43,218 bases of DNA. Origin: Chiloscyllium plagiosum. Lineage: Eukaryota. The notes beneath the pieces are model-generated. The model was not told the origin of the DNA. It did no database searches and saw only the letters and a list, made by a program, of their open reading frames with translations. The position numbers and the translations under genes were made by a program. Numbering within the stretch: position 1 is the first letter of the stretch; each line of letters begins with the position of its first letter. Positions 24,192-35,669 of this stretch are shown here, piece after piece. Where the stretch lies: positions 32,548,519 to 32,591,736 of the forward strand of contig NC_057718.1 in NCBI RefSeq assembly GCF_004010195.1, read 5' to 3'.

Positions 24192-24660
24192 GACAGAAAG
24201 CAGAAATTGCTGGAGAAACTCTGAGCAGCACAAATGGCTCAGTGGTTAGCACTGGTGCCTTACAGCACCAGGGACCTAGGTTCAATCCCACCATTGGGAA
24301 ACTGTCTGTGTGGACTTTGTACATTCTCCTCATGTCTGCGTGGGCTTCCTCCGGATGCTCCAGTTTCCTCCCACAGTCCAAAGGCATGTTTGTTAGGTGG
24401 ATTGGCCATGCTAAATTGCCCCATAATGTCCAGGGACGTGCAGGCTAGGTGGGTTAGCCATGGGAAATGCAAGGTTACAGTGATAGGATAAGGGGGTGGA
24501 TCTGGGTAGAATACTTCTCAGAGGGAACTTGATGGGCAGATTGGCCTACTTCCACATTGTAAGGATTCAATGATTCTATGAAACATAGCAGACCTGGCAA
24601 CATCTATGGAGAGAAAGCAGAGTTCACGTTTCGAGTCCAGTGACCCATCTTGGAAGAAGA
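24192..24660 (-). mobile_element. PLE-derived terminal repeat (family B) split by a SINE
   Basis: CAGAAATTGCTGGAGAAACTC (to ~24221) continues as AGCAGACCTGGCAACATCTATGGAGAGAAAGCAGAGTTCACGTTTCGAGTCCAGTGACCC after the SINE. Confidence 0.65.
24225..24580 (+). mobile_element. Full-length HE1-like V-SINE
   Basis: Pol III A box TGGCTCAGTGG (24235-24245), B box GGTTCAATCCC (24279-24289), V-domain and CR1-derived tail ending GATTCTATG. Confidence 0.85.
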
Positions 24661-25271
24661 TTTGTGCGCAAGTCCAGGAGTGAAACTGACCTGGAACATT
24701 ATGACCCTGGTGAGAATGTTACAAACTGAGCTGCAGCCAACACATAATTGGGAGCTAGGATTAAAAGGAGAGAACCTCTGTGACCAATCATAAATGGCAG
24801 TCAGATGGAGGGACTGAATGGCCTGCTTGCACCTACTTCTGAAATGCAAACAAGGATGAAATTCATTGAACCTTATTTTTCATTCATTTCTCTCAGGAAG
24901 GTAACAGTTGATGTATAGTGGATCCGCTCTCTGGTATCTGAGTGCTGTCTGCCAGTGAGATCATGGCTTCTACCCAGTTAGAGTTCCTCATCTTGATTGC
25001 ATCATTGGGTTAGGAGACAAACAAAGATAAGGTAGGGTGGTCATTGGTCAAGCATTATACTGGACAGTTATCTGGCCACTGGCTAATGGTGGGCACTTTT
25101 ATGACTATAATGATCAAAAATAATTGAAATATTCCAGGAACCCATAATTGTTTATTGTACCTGTGCCTGCACACACTGGGTGTGTGTTGATGGCTCCACA
25201 GCTAAAATAGTTCCATTCCAACTGAGTTTCTGAAAATTGGTTGATTGCTTACCAGCTTAGCCCCTGCAGGA

Positions 25272-25491
25272 AGGGAGTTAGTTAGCTCAGTTGGCTGGTT
25301 TGCAATGCAGATTAATGTCAACAATGTGGCTTCAACTCCTACACTGGCTAATGTTGCCATTTAGGACAGTCTTTCTCAATCTCCCTCCTTGCCTGAGATG
25401 TTGCTGACCTTCAGGCTAAAACTGCCACCAGTTGTCTTTCTCTAATGAGAAAGCAGCCCTATAGTTTAGTAAGACTATAATAACTTTACCT
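25272..25491 (+). mobile_element. tRNA-derived SINE (second family)
   Basis: TAGCTCAGTTGG A box; body and tail CCACCAGT..TCT.TCTCTAATGAGA homologous to 40207-40431. Confidence 0.65.
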
Positions 25492-26554
25492 ATACATTCC
25501 TGTTCATGTCCTGTACTCAAAACAATGTGTATTAACCTGCACAATCTTTTACAATCACCATACTTACTTGGGATAGAAATGCAATACTGTATTAAAGTGC
25601 CTCCTGCCTTTCTGTAGTCATGTAATTTTTCCCATGAAGCATACTCACTATAAGCACCATCCAAATCAATACAACAGAGACACAGTACAAGTCAGACTGT
25701 GAACTGCAAATTCATATCAAAACCCTCCCATGAATTATCAAAAAGAGAACTCAAAAGTCAGCACTAATTCATCAATAACAAATGACACATACGCATTAAG
25801 CAGAAAACGTAGACAGCTAACTTGAAGCTGCCAGTCACAGCACTGATCTGAATTATCGTTGCAACACAATAAAAATTCAACATTATGAGCAGAATTCTAA
25901 CATGCACAGAGTGCAGTGCAAAACCTTTTCATTTGAAGCTTTCTCCACACATTATTCCTTCTTGTTCTATTGCATGTGGTTTGTGATGTAGATTAAGGTA
26001 ATCAATGTGTCATATGCAGCCACTTCACTAGTATTCAATCCCATTTTGAGCAGCAAACTTTTCCATGTCATTGCAAAAGCCCAACTTTGAGGGGCACCTA
26101 CTGTATATTATTGTATTAAAAATGTATTGCTCTCTCAAAGGGGAGATGGACTGATAGAGTCATTGAAATGTAATTCAATGATTAAAATTACAGGTTGAAA
26201 TTAAGCTTGTTATGCTATGTGGCCAAATAAGAATTCAAGTGAACAGACTCTGAATACATCTTCAGAATATTTCTCCAGTTTCCACAGCATAGATGACCAA
26301 TTATACCAAATAGGAGGATGGCAAATTTTGAGGAAGTACTGTTAGCACTAAGCACAATTCATTACAAGAAAATGTAAAGTAATATGTCCTGGCAAAGAGA
26401 ATAATACAAGTAAGTGTGTCCAATATGGTAAAATCCAAAACAGAGTAGAGGAACAGAGAAGTACAAAGATAGGCACAAACTAATCACCAGTGAAATTAAA
26501 TGTTAAAAACAGCATAAAATGACAAATTAGATTTTGGGTTTTTTAAAGAGGTAC

Positions 26555-26586
26555 CATCTATAAGATTTTACATCTATAAGATTTTA
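26555..26586. repeat. Perfect 16-bp tandem duplication
   Basis: CATCTATAAGATTTTA x2. Confidence 0.9.
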
Positions 26587-27263
26587 CCAGGATTCTAAAA
26601 GTATTCAGGAGTCCATTTATTAATTTGAGCATATGCATATTTTGCAAGTTTATGCTCCCATATAAGTACATACAATATAGAATATAACCTCTTTTCAATT
26701 TTTGAGGCAAATATATGAAAGAGGATCACTAATACAATTCCAGTTGGGTTCCTAAGTTTCTCAACATCAGCAGGACATTCAGTAACAACAGACAGTTCTG
26801 CCCTTTCCCTGGAACGTTACCTCAGGAGAAGGATGGAATTTTAATCCCAGCCATCAATGACAGCAGTGTCCTGAATTTCCTTTGGTGTAAGTTTGGGACT
26901 TTTACTCACGAACAGACTGGCATGATAGTTTCATTCCATTTCTCTGGGGATATTAAGTGAGTGGTTGACAGCACTCCAGTCACTCCTGGGAGGCTGGCCA
27001 GACCAGTATTGAAAGGAAGTGCTTCTGGCAACTGATGATGTTTTGGAGCTCATGAGAGCCTGGACATCAAACTGCGGCAAGGTGTGGGGACAGGCAGCTT
27101 TTGATACAGCAGCTGTAGCCATCCCAAATTACCTCCGCTTTATTCGGACCAAAGAAAAGGACAACCAAGGACAAGTCCGAAGGTTAGAGGAAAGGAAAAG
27201 CAAAATGGTGATGAGTGTCAAAGAAGATGGTGACAGCAGTCAGTGTCATCTCTTCCTCATCAT

Positions 27264-27299
27264 CTCATCATCTTCCTGGTTCTCATCATCTTCCTGGTA
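27264..27299. repeat. 18-bp tandem duplication
   Basis: CTCATCATCTTCCTGGT(T/A) x2. Confidence 0.85.
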
Positions 27300-27738
27300 C
27301 TCAGCAAAATACTTCCTCACTCTTCCTTCCTTTTCCCATTCATTTGAAAATAAAGTAATACTCTTTTTGGAATGTTGGGCTTTTTTTAAGATTAAAATGA
27401 ATCATGTTGACATAGATCAGAATCTTTCCTGGGAGTGCTTAAGGGTGACACTGGATTGCGAAGTTTCATTTCCTTACACTAGCATTTGTCACTTTAAAAA
27501 AAGGGTATGATTTCAAATTCCATTTATAAGGTAGCAATTTTAACGATGCAGCATTCCCTGAGAATTGTGCTAAGGTATAAGCTTAGATGATACCCTTGAG
27601 ATCTAATGCACAGTCTTCTAAGTCACAATAATCCCACTTCAGAGTTAATACCTTTAACGGGGTTGTGCCCTTATTTCCAAGAAGATATTTCATAAAACAA
27701 ACATTTCCCTTGGCCAAACTGGGGCTCTCAACATCAGG

Positions 27739-27994
27739 AGGAGAAAGTGAGGTCTGCAGATGCTGGAGCTCAGAGATGGAAATGTGTTGCTGGAAAAGCG
27801 CAGCAGGTCAGGCAGCATCTAGGGAACAGGAGAATCGACGTTTCGGGCATTAGCCCTTCTTCAGGACTTTAATCAATGGGTATTGTTGCACACCTGGTGT
27901 CCTGAAGAAGGGCTAATGCCCGAAATGTCGATTCTCCTGTTCCCTAGATGCTGCCTGACCTGCTGCGCTTTTCCAGCAACACATTTCCAGCTCT
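27739..27994. mobile_element. Non-autonomous PLE insertion (family C): two inverted pLTR arms around a 33-nt captured spacer
   Basis: 15-bp TSD GCTCTCAACATCAGG (27724-27738 and 27990-28004); arms 27772-27866 and 27900-27994 are reverse complements with 2 mismatches in 95 nt. Confidence 0.9.
27837..27864 (-). ncRNA. Minimal type I hammerhead ribozyme motif (PLE-type), intact core
   Basis: Minus strand CUGAAGA-A-GGGC-UAAU-GCCC-GAAA-CG-UC: catalytic core, stem II hairpin, palindromic ACGU helix III and GUC cleavage triplet. The + copy at 27902-27929 has one C>T change. Confidence 0.7.
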
Positions 27995-30900
27995 CAACAT
28001 CAGGCAGAGTAGTCAGTTCACTCTATTTTTCAGATAATAGTATGCAGGCCGAGAAATGTACCAAGGAGTCTGAAGTATGAAATTACCTTACTACAAATGC
28101 AACAACAAAATTTATATTTCAGTCTCCACACTGTTAACAGCAATTTTCTTTTGCAGATTGCCCATTGCATTATAGATACATTGCTTCCCATACTTAACAC
28201 ACACACAGACAGTAAGTCAGCATTTATAACTTTGCAGAATTACCACACGATAGGCTTTATTGCTTTATTGTGAAAGAAAGTTCAATGCCTTCGCCATGTG
28301 AACTATTCTGGAATGTTCCAGAATTTAATGTGAGCTCTTACACCTGTTTTGATTACGTCTTTCATGCTTTCTTCCCACCCTTTCAGACTGTGGGACAACA
28401 GTGAAGCTGATTTAGAAAGAGCCAATCAAAGTGAAACTGTGAATGAGAACTTCCTGTATTAGGAACTGTGTTCCAAGCTCGCATTGTACACAGCAGGAGT
28501 CTTCCCAACAAATGTGATTTCAAAATCGTTTGTACTTGTCTCTAGTAATACTAAATAGCAATGTGGTAACGCCAATACTGTACTATTGGTCAGATTTTGT
28601 TGTGACACGTTAAAAGACTTAATATTACATGTATTCCTAAGACTTTTCCACTTTGTAACCATGTTTTTGTTACCTTCTGACTCAATTACTCTCATGTTCT
28701 TCTGGCCAACCACTTCCACCCTTCTAAATGTCAACTCATACACAATTTGGTGGCTCTATCCTGTCACACACTTCATTGTGTTCCCCTATCACTCGTGCGC
28801 TTAAGGACCTATATTGTTCCCAGTTCACCAGCAGCTCAAATATAAAGTTCTCATCATTCTGTTCTAATAATCATGTTTTCCTTTGTGAGTGTCAAGCAAC
28901 AACTTCTCCAGACATATATGACATGCTTGGTATCTCTGGATTTTGCAGCAATATATGATATGTAGTATGAATACTTGTGGACAAATATGAAAGTTTTTTA
29001 TCATTTATTTTTTATCATTTACTGACTAAAGTCATCAAATACCACTGACATTTGTGACCATTGAAGTGTACTCTTACAAATTAAGAGCTTAAAAGTCCAA
29101 AGGGCGACTCTGGGCTGAATTACCCCATATCAAGTTAAAGTGTTTTGTTGATTGAGATTCATGCCTAGTCCATCATGTCTGAGAATGGCTTTTCTCATGC
29201 AATCTTTCACTCTTCACCTCCATGGAACAAGCTAGTAGATAGTCTGATTTACAAGGCAGGAGTTTGTACATCTGGTTTCTTATGGAAGGAGGGGTGAATT
29301 GGAAGTGGCATAGAAACGTGTTGGGCTAATTGCAAGAAATAAGGTAGCCACTGCTCATTAGTGAGATGCTGAAACTGCTGTTTAAGCCTTAGGGGGAGAA
29401 TTGTTTCTTCGCATTTCTTGTTTTCTTGTCAGTGCCCATCTTATTCCAGGGAGGGAAACAATTCTGCCCATTGACATTTCCTATTTTCAGGGAGTGAACT
29501 CCAGAGCTGTGCCAATTTGCCAACATACAACACACAGCACTCTTCCTTGAATTCAATATTCAAGATGAAAATCAGCCGAGAGAGAGGGAGCAAAAACAAT
29601 CAAATGCGCAACTGAAATCATTGAAGGGAAGGGGATTAAAACTTTCTCACCAATACAGGGTTCCTGAAAATGTAAGAATATTTGTAGAATACATCCTTGA
29701 GGCACTGCAGTAAGTAGTGGGTTGAAGGAGGACTCTATGGGTTGGCACAAGTGATACTCGTTAGAGAGATGGGTCAGCTAAATTGCCTGACAAGGTGATT
29801 GTTACATACAACACCTAGAGCATTTGATCACACACATGAAAAGAGATGACTGACCTGAGGAATAGTGTTAAATGGCTCTATAGCAAGGGATCTGTCCCAA
29901 CTTTGCATGCCACAATGCAGCCATTTAGAACACATTAAAATGCAGATGAAGCTAAAGTTTTACCCAGACTCAAACTAACACCATCCTACTTTTTCATCCA
30001 TTTTATGCTGCCAATTGTGGACAGGAACAGATAAGATTCAAGCCTCCCCCCCAACCCTCTCTCCACCAGGAATCCTGACTAACAAATGAAGAACCAACAG
30101 AATGGCACCATTATAATTCCACACCACCTCTCCTCTCTTCATTCCAGTCTGTTTCTTCAGGCTCCTGTATTAAATGGGGGAGGCCACTATCCTTTACATC
30201 AATATAGTCCCTCCTTAACATGGAATCATCTCCATGACAATCCAGTGGGTAAAAGTCCTGCTATATATCCAGCAACACAGATATTGAGCTGGAATTTCTA
30301 GGTTAATGTGTCCATGTTTTGGCCTTCTAATGCTACAATGTTATCAAAAGTGCCAACCTGATAAGCAGCCTATTATTCCAACCTGATTATAATAGACCTA
30401 AAGGACACCAGGTGTGCAACAATACCCATTGATTAAAGTTGTACCTTAATTGTTGATTTACTTAAATGTAAAATTCCACACAGATAGTTCTACTGTCTAC
30501 TATTTGTTTCAATAGAAATATCTGAGAGGAAGAAAATGCAATCAGAAAATAGAGTTAATTTCAGATTTAACAACTATGCAATTCCTTCATATCAGCAAAA
30601 TACATCGACTCTGATTTTCAATAGGAATAGAAGATTGGCTTTACCTCTGTAAAGCGCTGACTAGTTTTACAATAAAGTGATACTGATATAAGGGTTACAC
30701 TTAGATAAGATATAAGTTACTTTTAAACAACACACTGAAATTGTTTAATTCAGTATCATCTTTGTTGCATTATTTCTATTGGAGTGTGCATTCAATAAAG
30801 CGTTTATTTGGTCTGAGAGTGCATTAAGTGGAGGGTAACCTGATGTGTACTCTCTGATCTAAGTAAATCTTGCAATACCTACTGTTGACTGCTGTTTGGT

Positions 30901-31341
30901 GCCAGAAAATATTTCCCTTTCAAATGTAGTTGCCTACTTCACTAGCTTTCATGAGCTGTTCCCAAATGGAATAGGTGTTAGGGAGACCATTTTTATAGCA
31001 GCAATCTAGTGATAATTTTAATTAGTGCAGTGCTGTAATGAATGCAGTTTTATTCAAAATGAATATAAGCAAGAGTAAAAAGCAAAGAAGGAATGTAATG
31101 CCAGGGCACTTTCTTGATGTTTTGACAATTCTGTAACAATTCCTCCCAGAAGTTAATGCTGTCTAATTCTCAGTTAGTCAATGAACATTTAAACATAAAA
31201 TCATCAGCTCCTACATTGACTGATTTCTGTAGACTTCTCCTAACTGAGTATTCCTCTCCGAAAACAGCAACATTAAAGCTAACATATCCACATACACCTA
31301 GAGTAAAGGCTTTCAGCACCAAACAGGCACCCACAATCATT

Positions 31342-31708
31342 ACCTGGTGGCTTCCTGCCTCTATTCCTGATAATGGGCTTTTGCCTGAAACGTCGATTTT
31401 CCTGCTCCTCAGATGCTGCCTGACCTTTTGTGCTTTTCCAGCACCACTCTGAGCTAAACTCTGGTTTCCAGCATCTGCAGTCCTCACTTTTGCCTAGTTA
31501 ATTTTAACCTTACTGCGAATCCTCTTGCAAGGATGCCTACCTTGAAGAGGTTCTCCTCCTCTCTCTCTCTCCCCCCCCATTTATCTCTCCAACCTGGAGG
31601 CTTCCTGCCTCTATTCCTGATGAAGGGCTTTTGTCCAAAATGTCGATTTTCCTCCTCCTCAGATGCTGCCTGACCTACTGTGCTTTTCTAGCATCACTCT
31701 GATCTAAA
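31342..31708 (+). mobile_element. Non-autonomous PLE/retrozyme-like element with direct repeats at a 250-bp period
   Basis: ACCTGGWGGCTTCCTGCCTCTATTCCTGA at 31342 and 31592; TSD ACCCAMAATCATTAC (31329-31343 and 31708-31722, 14/15); hammerhead motifs at 31367-31394 and 31617-31644. Confidence 0.8.
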
Positions 31709-33049
31709 CCCAAAATCATTACACCAAGATGAGAGTGGCCCAGTCTTGAGTGGCTTGAAAGCTGCTGGATCAGCAACAACGTAAGTAGGAGTAGGGGGGA
31801 GAACATGGGGGCTGCCATTGCAGACTTGGATGTCAGGGGACAAGCGGGAGCTTGAGAAGATTGGAAGAGCAAATAGGTGAATGATATGTTGTCTAAACCA
31901 GAAAGAACACGGTGGTTTTAAATATCTCAGTCTTGAAAGAATGGCTGGGGAATGAGCTGAATTCAGTGTCAAGGGTGAAGAGTCTGAGCTGGAAGTTGAC
32001 AGGAAAGTCTTTAGTATTTCCAATGTATACTAACCACCACTCCTGTTGAACAAGCTGAATAAAAGTAACTTGAGGAGTTAGCTGAAAGCAGCAACCAACT
32101 ATTTTGTTCCCTGTCCTTCTGAGGCCTATTAGTGACAATTGTATAGTCTATTTTACATTTGAAAGCTGTTGTGAAACAGAGGTAGTGTCCCTGTCTCTTA
32201 GCTAGAAGACATGGGTTCAAGTTCCACCAACTTTAGAGGTATGTTGTAATTCATCAGAAGAGGTTAATTAAAAATATTATTAATATAATGTTCCCCCTTT
32301 ACTATCAATAATACTCTACAACTTAATTGACATGTAATTGTGAGAGTGTATTTTAAAACCAGATTTTCTGGTTCTCTTAGGTACTTTCTAAATGTAAGGC
32401 CTTTTTTGGCAATATGTGGTGAATTTTTCAAGATAGCATTCCCAGTGTTCATAAAAAGGGAATATAATTAAAATAGAGATTAATGATGCTTTCACAGCCC
32501 TTTCTATTGTTTTGGTATTAATTTAAAAGATGTATAATAAAAAACTGAAGGATCATAAATTGGATGGTGTAACAATTGCACTAAATTTTCTGATTGCTCT
32601 CTTATCAGCTAAGCCTCTCATTTGGAATGTTAACTTACAGCATTTTCCAAATATTTTGGCTGATGTATTTTCTCAGTCTGCCTTGAACTTCTGTTATTGT
32701 CAACCGGCTGACATATATTCCTTCAGTTTTCTACCACCCAAATGTTCCTCGCTCAATTTAAAAATTGCTTTGACAGGATGTGAAAGTTGCTAGCTAGGAC
32801 AGCACTTGCTTCCCATTTTGAAATGCCCTTCAGACGTTGGTACATGGTTAGGCACCTTCCCAAAAGCCTCCAGTCCATGGGAGTGATGGTGCAGGCTTAG
32901 AGACATTTACTTTGTGATTTACATTTAGAACTATTGGTGTCAGTACTGATTTCCTGCCCCACAATCTGAACCACGATGGTTTAACTCATTGGAGAGAAAA
33001 GACCTCCCTTTTGTAACATACCTGCTTGAACAAGATGATTAGTATTGCA

Positions 33050-33137
33050 CTTGAAATGTTAACACTGTTTTGCTTTCCACAGATGCTGTCAGACCTGCTG
33101 AGTTTCTCCAGCATTTGCAGTCTTTGCTTAAGATTTG
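33050..33137 (+). mobile_element. PLE-derived terminal repeat fragment (family B)
   Basis: TTGAAATGTTAACACTG...AGATGCTGTCAGACCTGCTGAGTTTCTCCAGCATTT. Confidence 0.6.
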
Positions 33138-33614
33138 AACTGATCTATCTGAAAACTGTGGAAGTGATTGAAGATCTATCTCTGATGTTGTTTCGGCCTG
33201 ATAATGCGATAATGTTTAAATGGTTCATGTCAATTTCCACCTATTGGGTGACCTCCAGTGAGAGGCATTACTGACATTTGAAGTTCAGCCTCAAATGAGA
33301 CTGCGATTGAAAGTTGAGACCAGATCCATGCACCAATTGTCAGATACAAGATAACATTAAGTGTCGAGCACCTGAATGGATGCTTCAGATAAATTGCTGG
33401 GCTTCTACAATCACCTATATTTACTGATTAGCAGCAGGAAACATGACTAATTTCTTTGTCAAAAGCTTAAGTTGAAGATCAGTTGAAGAGCCCCTGGCAT
33501 CACCCTACTGGGGATGAAGTATTTTAACACAAATCTTTTTCATTTTGGACAGCTCAGCTTCTCAATGGATAAATTAAACAGTAATGGGTTGTTTAATTTA
33601 CTCTTAATTTTACT

Positions 33615-34040
33615 TAGAGTCATAGAGATGTACAGCACAGAAACAGACCTTTCAGTCCATGCCGACTAGATATCCTAAATTAATCAAGTCCCATTTGCCA
33701 GCACTTGGCCCAGATCCCTCAAAACCCTTACAATTCATATCCCTATCCAGATGCCTTTTAAATGTTGCAATTGTACCAGCCTCCACGACTTTCTCTGGCG
33801 GCTCATTCCATACACGTTACCACCCTTTGTGTGAAAAAGTTGCCCCTTGGGTCCCCTTTTTTTCTTTCCCCTCTCACTCTAAAAGTATGCCCTCTAGTTC
33901 TGGACTCCCCCACCCCAGGGAAAGACCTGGACTATTTGCTCTATAATTACCCCTCGTAATTTTGTAAACCACTAAAAGGTCACCGCTCAGACTCCAATGT
34001 TCCAGGGAAAACAGCCCCAAAATATTCAGCCTCTCCCTAT
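33615..34040 (-). mobile_element. CR1 LINE 3' end, 5'-truncated
   Basis: TAGAGTCATAGAGATGTACAGC tail on + strand; homologous to 16789-17206 and 42429-43218. Confidence 0.88.
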
Positions 34041-34759
34041 GGTCAAAGAACTAGCAAAACTGTGCTCCAAGAAAATCATGGCATTTTCTCGGACAATTCA
34101 TTGCTGAATTTGGTCTACGTCCACACCATTTTCCCTTGTGCCAACCTTTGTGAAAAGTATCCCAGTTACATTTTCTCTGGATTAAACTTTTAATGTTTGC
34201 GTTCTGCGGGACAGTATTAATGCTCTATGCCTCAAGGGGGAAAAAAAAACGTGCTTTTGAAGCCAAAGTATTGAGTTGCATGTGAAAAATATCTACATAT
34301 TTTCAATTTGTTTTGCTACTGCCTGTGGTAATAATGCACATGATGAATAAAGAAACTGCTAACAGTAAGAATATCAGGCCAAAATTACAGAAAAACAGCT
34401 TTTAAGAAAGGAATTTTTCATTTGATCCAGTGCAAGGTAAACTGTTACTCTGTTAAAAATTCAGGCTTATAGGGTTACAAATTTCCCCTTTTTATGAATA
34501 TTTACATTCTGTTAGCTTGAAGGAAAATAAGTCATGCAGGAAGTGTCAGCCATTGTTTCAGTGAAGTCTTGGATACATTCATATTTCTACATAAGATCAA
34601 TGCAAGCTACTAAACTTGCATCCTGGCAATACAATAGTTACAGCTCCAATAAAAATATACAACAATTCGTCAGCATTTTGCTGTCATGTTGGCTTTTTTT
34701 ATAAATGGATTGAGGGCAAGCTTCCTCCTTAACAGTGACGATAATCCAATAAGTTTGAA

Positions 34760-35166
34760 GTTATTTATGGACATGGATACAAGTAGTCCTTGGGTGAAAG
34801 TTCTAAACTGGGGGAAGACTTACTACCATAATATTCGGCAGGAACTAAAGTATAGATTGGGCGCCACTTTTTGAGGATGAATCCACATTTGGCACGTGGG
34901 AATCTTTTAAAGGCCAATTGATTAGAGCCAGCATGTTCCTATGAAAATGAAAGATAAGGACAGCAAAATTCGGAAACCCTGGATGAAGAGAAATTGAGAG
35001 CTTAGTCAAAAAGAAAAATGTATTTTTACATATATTTACAAAAAATATGTAACGTTTTGGAAACTAAAGAAAGACAGAGCCCTCCAAGAATACAAAAAAA
35101 AATCAGAAAAGAACTCAAACAAGGAATTAGGGTTAAAAGTGGTCAGAAAATGTCCTTGGCAAGCAG
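34760..35166 (+). mobile_element. CR1 ORF2 fragment (endonuclease-RT linker)
   Basis: Translates VKVLNWGK..Y.NIRQEL...WESFKGQLIR...HVPMK...PWM. Confidence 0.7.
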
Positions 35167-35510
35167 TTAAAGGTTACACAACACCAGGTTATAGTCCAAC
35201 AGGTTTATTTGGAAGCACTAGCTTTCGGAACGCTGCTCCTTCATTGGGTAGCTAGTAGGGGAAGATCATAGGACACAGAATTTATAGCAAAAGATCAAAG
35301 TGTTATACAAAGATCAGAATATGGTACAACTGATGCAATATTTTGAATAAATCTAGATTGCTGTTAAGTCTTTAATCACTCAGAACGGGGATGCAGGTTT
35401 CAATTGATTAATATGTTAACCCTTGAACTTCTTTCAAGTCACAGTCCTGAGACAACTTAAGGTTTTATCAGTATATAAAAAAAGGTGTCACCTCAGCTCA
35501 GACAATGCAT
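35167..35510 (-). mobile_element. PLE 3' terminal fragment (family A) with degenerate hammerhead
   Basis: ACACAACACCAGGTTATAGTCCAACAGG terminus as at 14334; minus strand reads CCAATGAAGGAGCAGCGTTCCGAAAGCTA. Confidence 0.7.
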
Positions 35511-35669
35511 CAGGTTGTAACTTTACATTTCATTGGTGAGGCCACTTTTGGAATATTGCATACAATTCTGGTCACCCTGCTACAGGAAGGATGTTATCAC
35601 ACTAGAAAGGGTGGAGAAAACAATTCAGGAAGGATGTTGCCAGGACTGATGGGCTTAAATTGTAAGAGG

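Noticed and set aside
24225..24300. tRNA gene
   Set aside because: The A/B boxes belong to a SINE head that continues into the V-domain and LINE tail; no proper acceptor stem or terminator.
27019..27510. 163-aa ORF
   Set aside because: No recognisable domain, low-complexity tandem duplication inside, and no convincing splice context.
27739..27994. CRISPR array (repeat-spacer-repeat with a matching target)
   Set aside because: The repeats are inverted, 95 bp long, retroelement-derived and TSD-flanked. There is one spacer, no cas genes, and the context is vertebrate.
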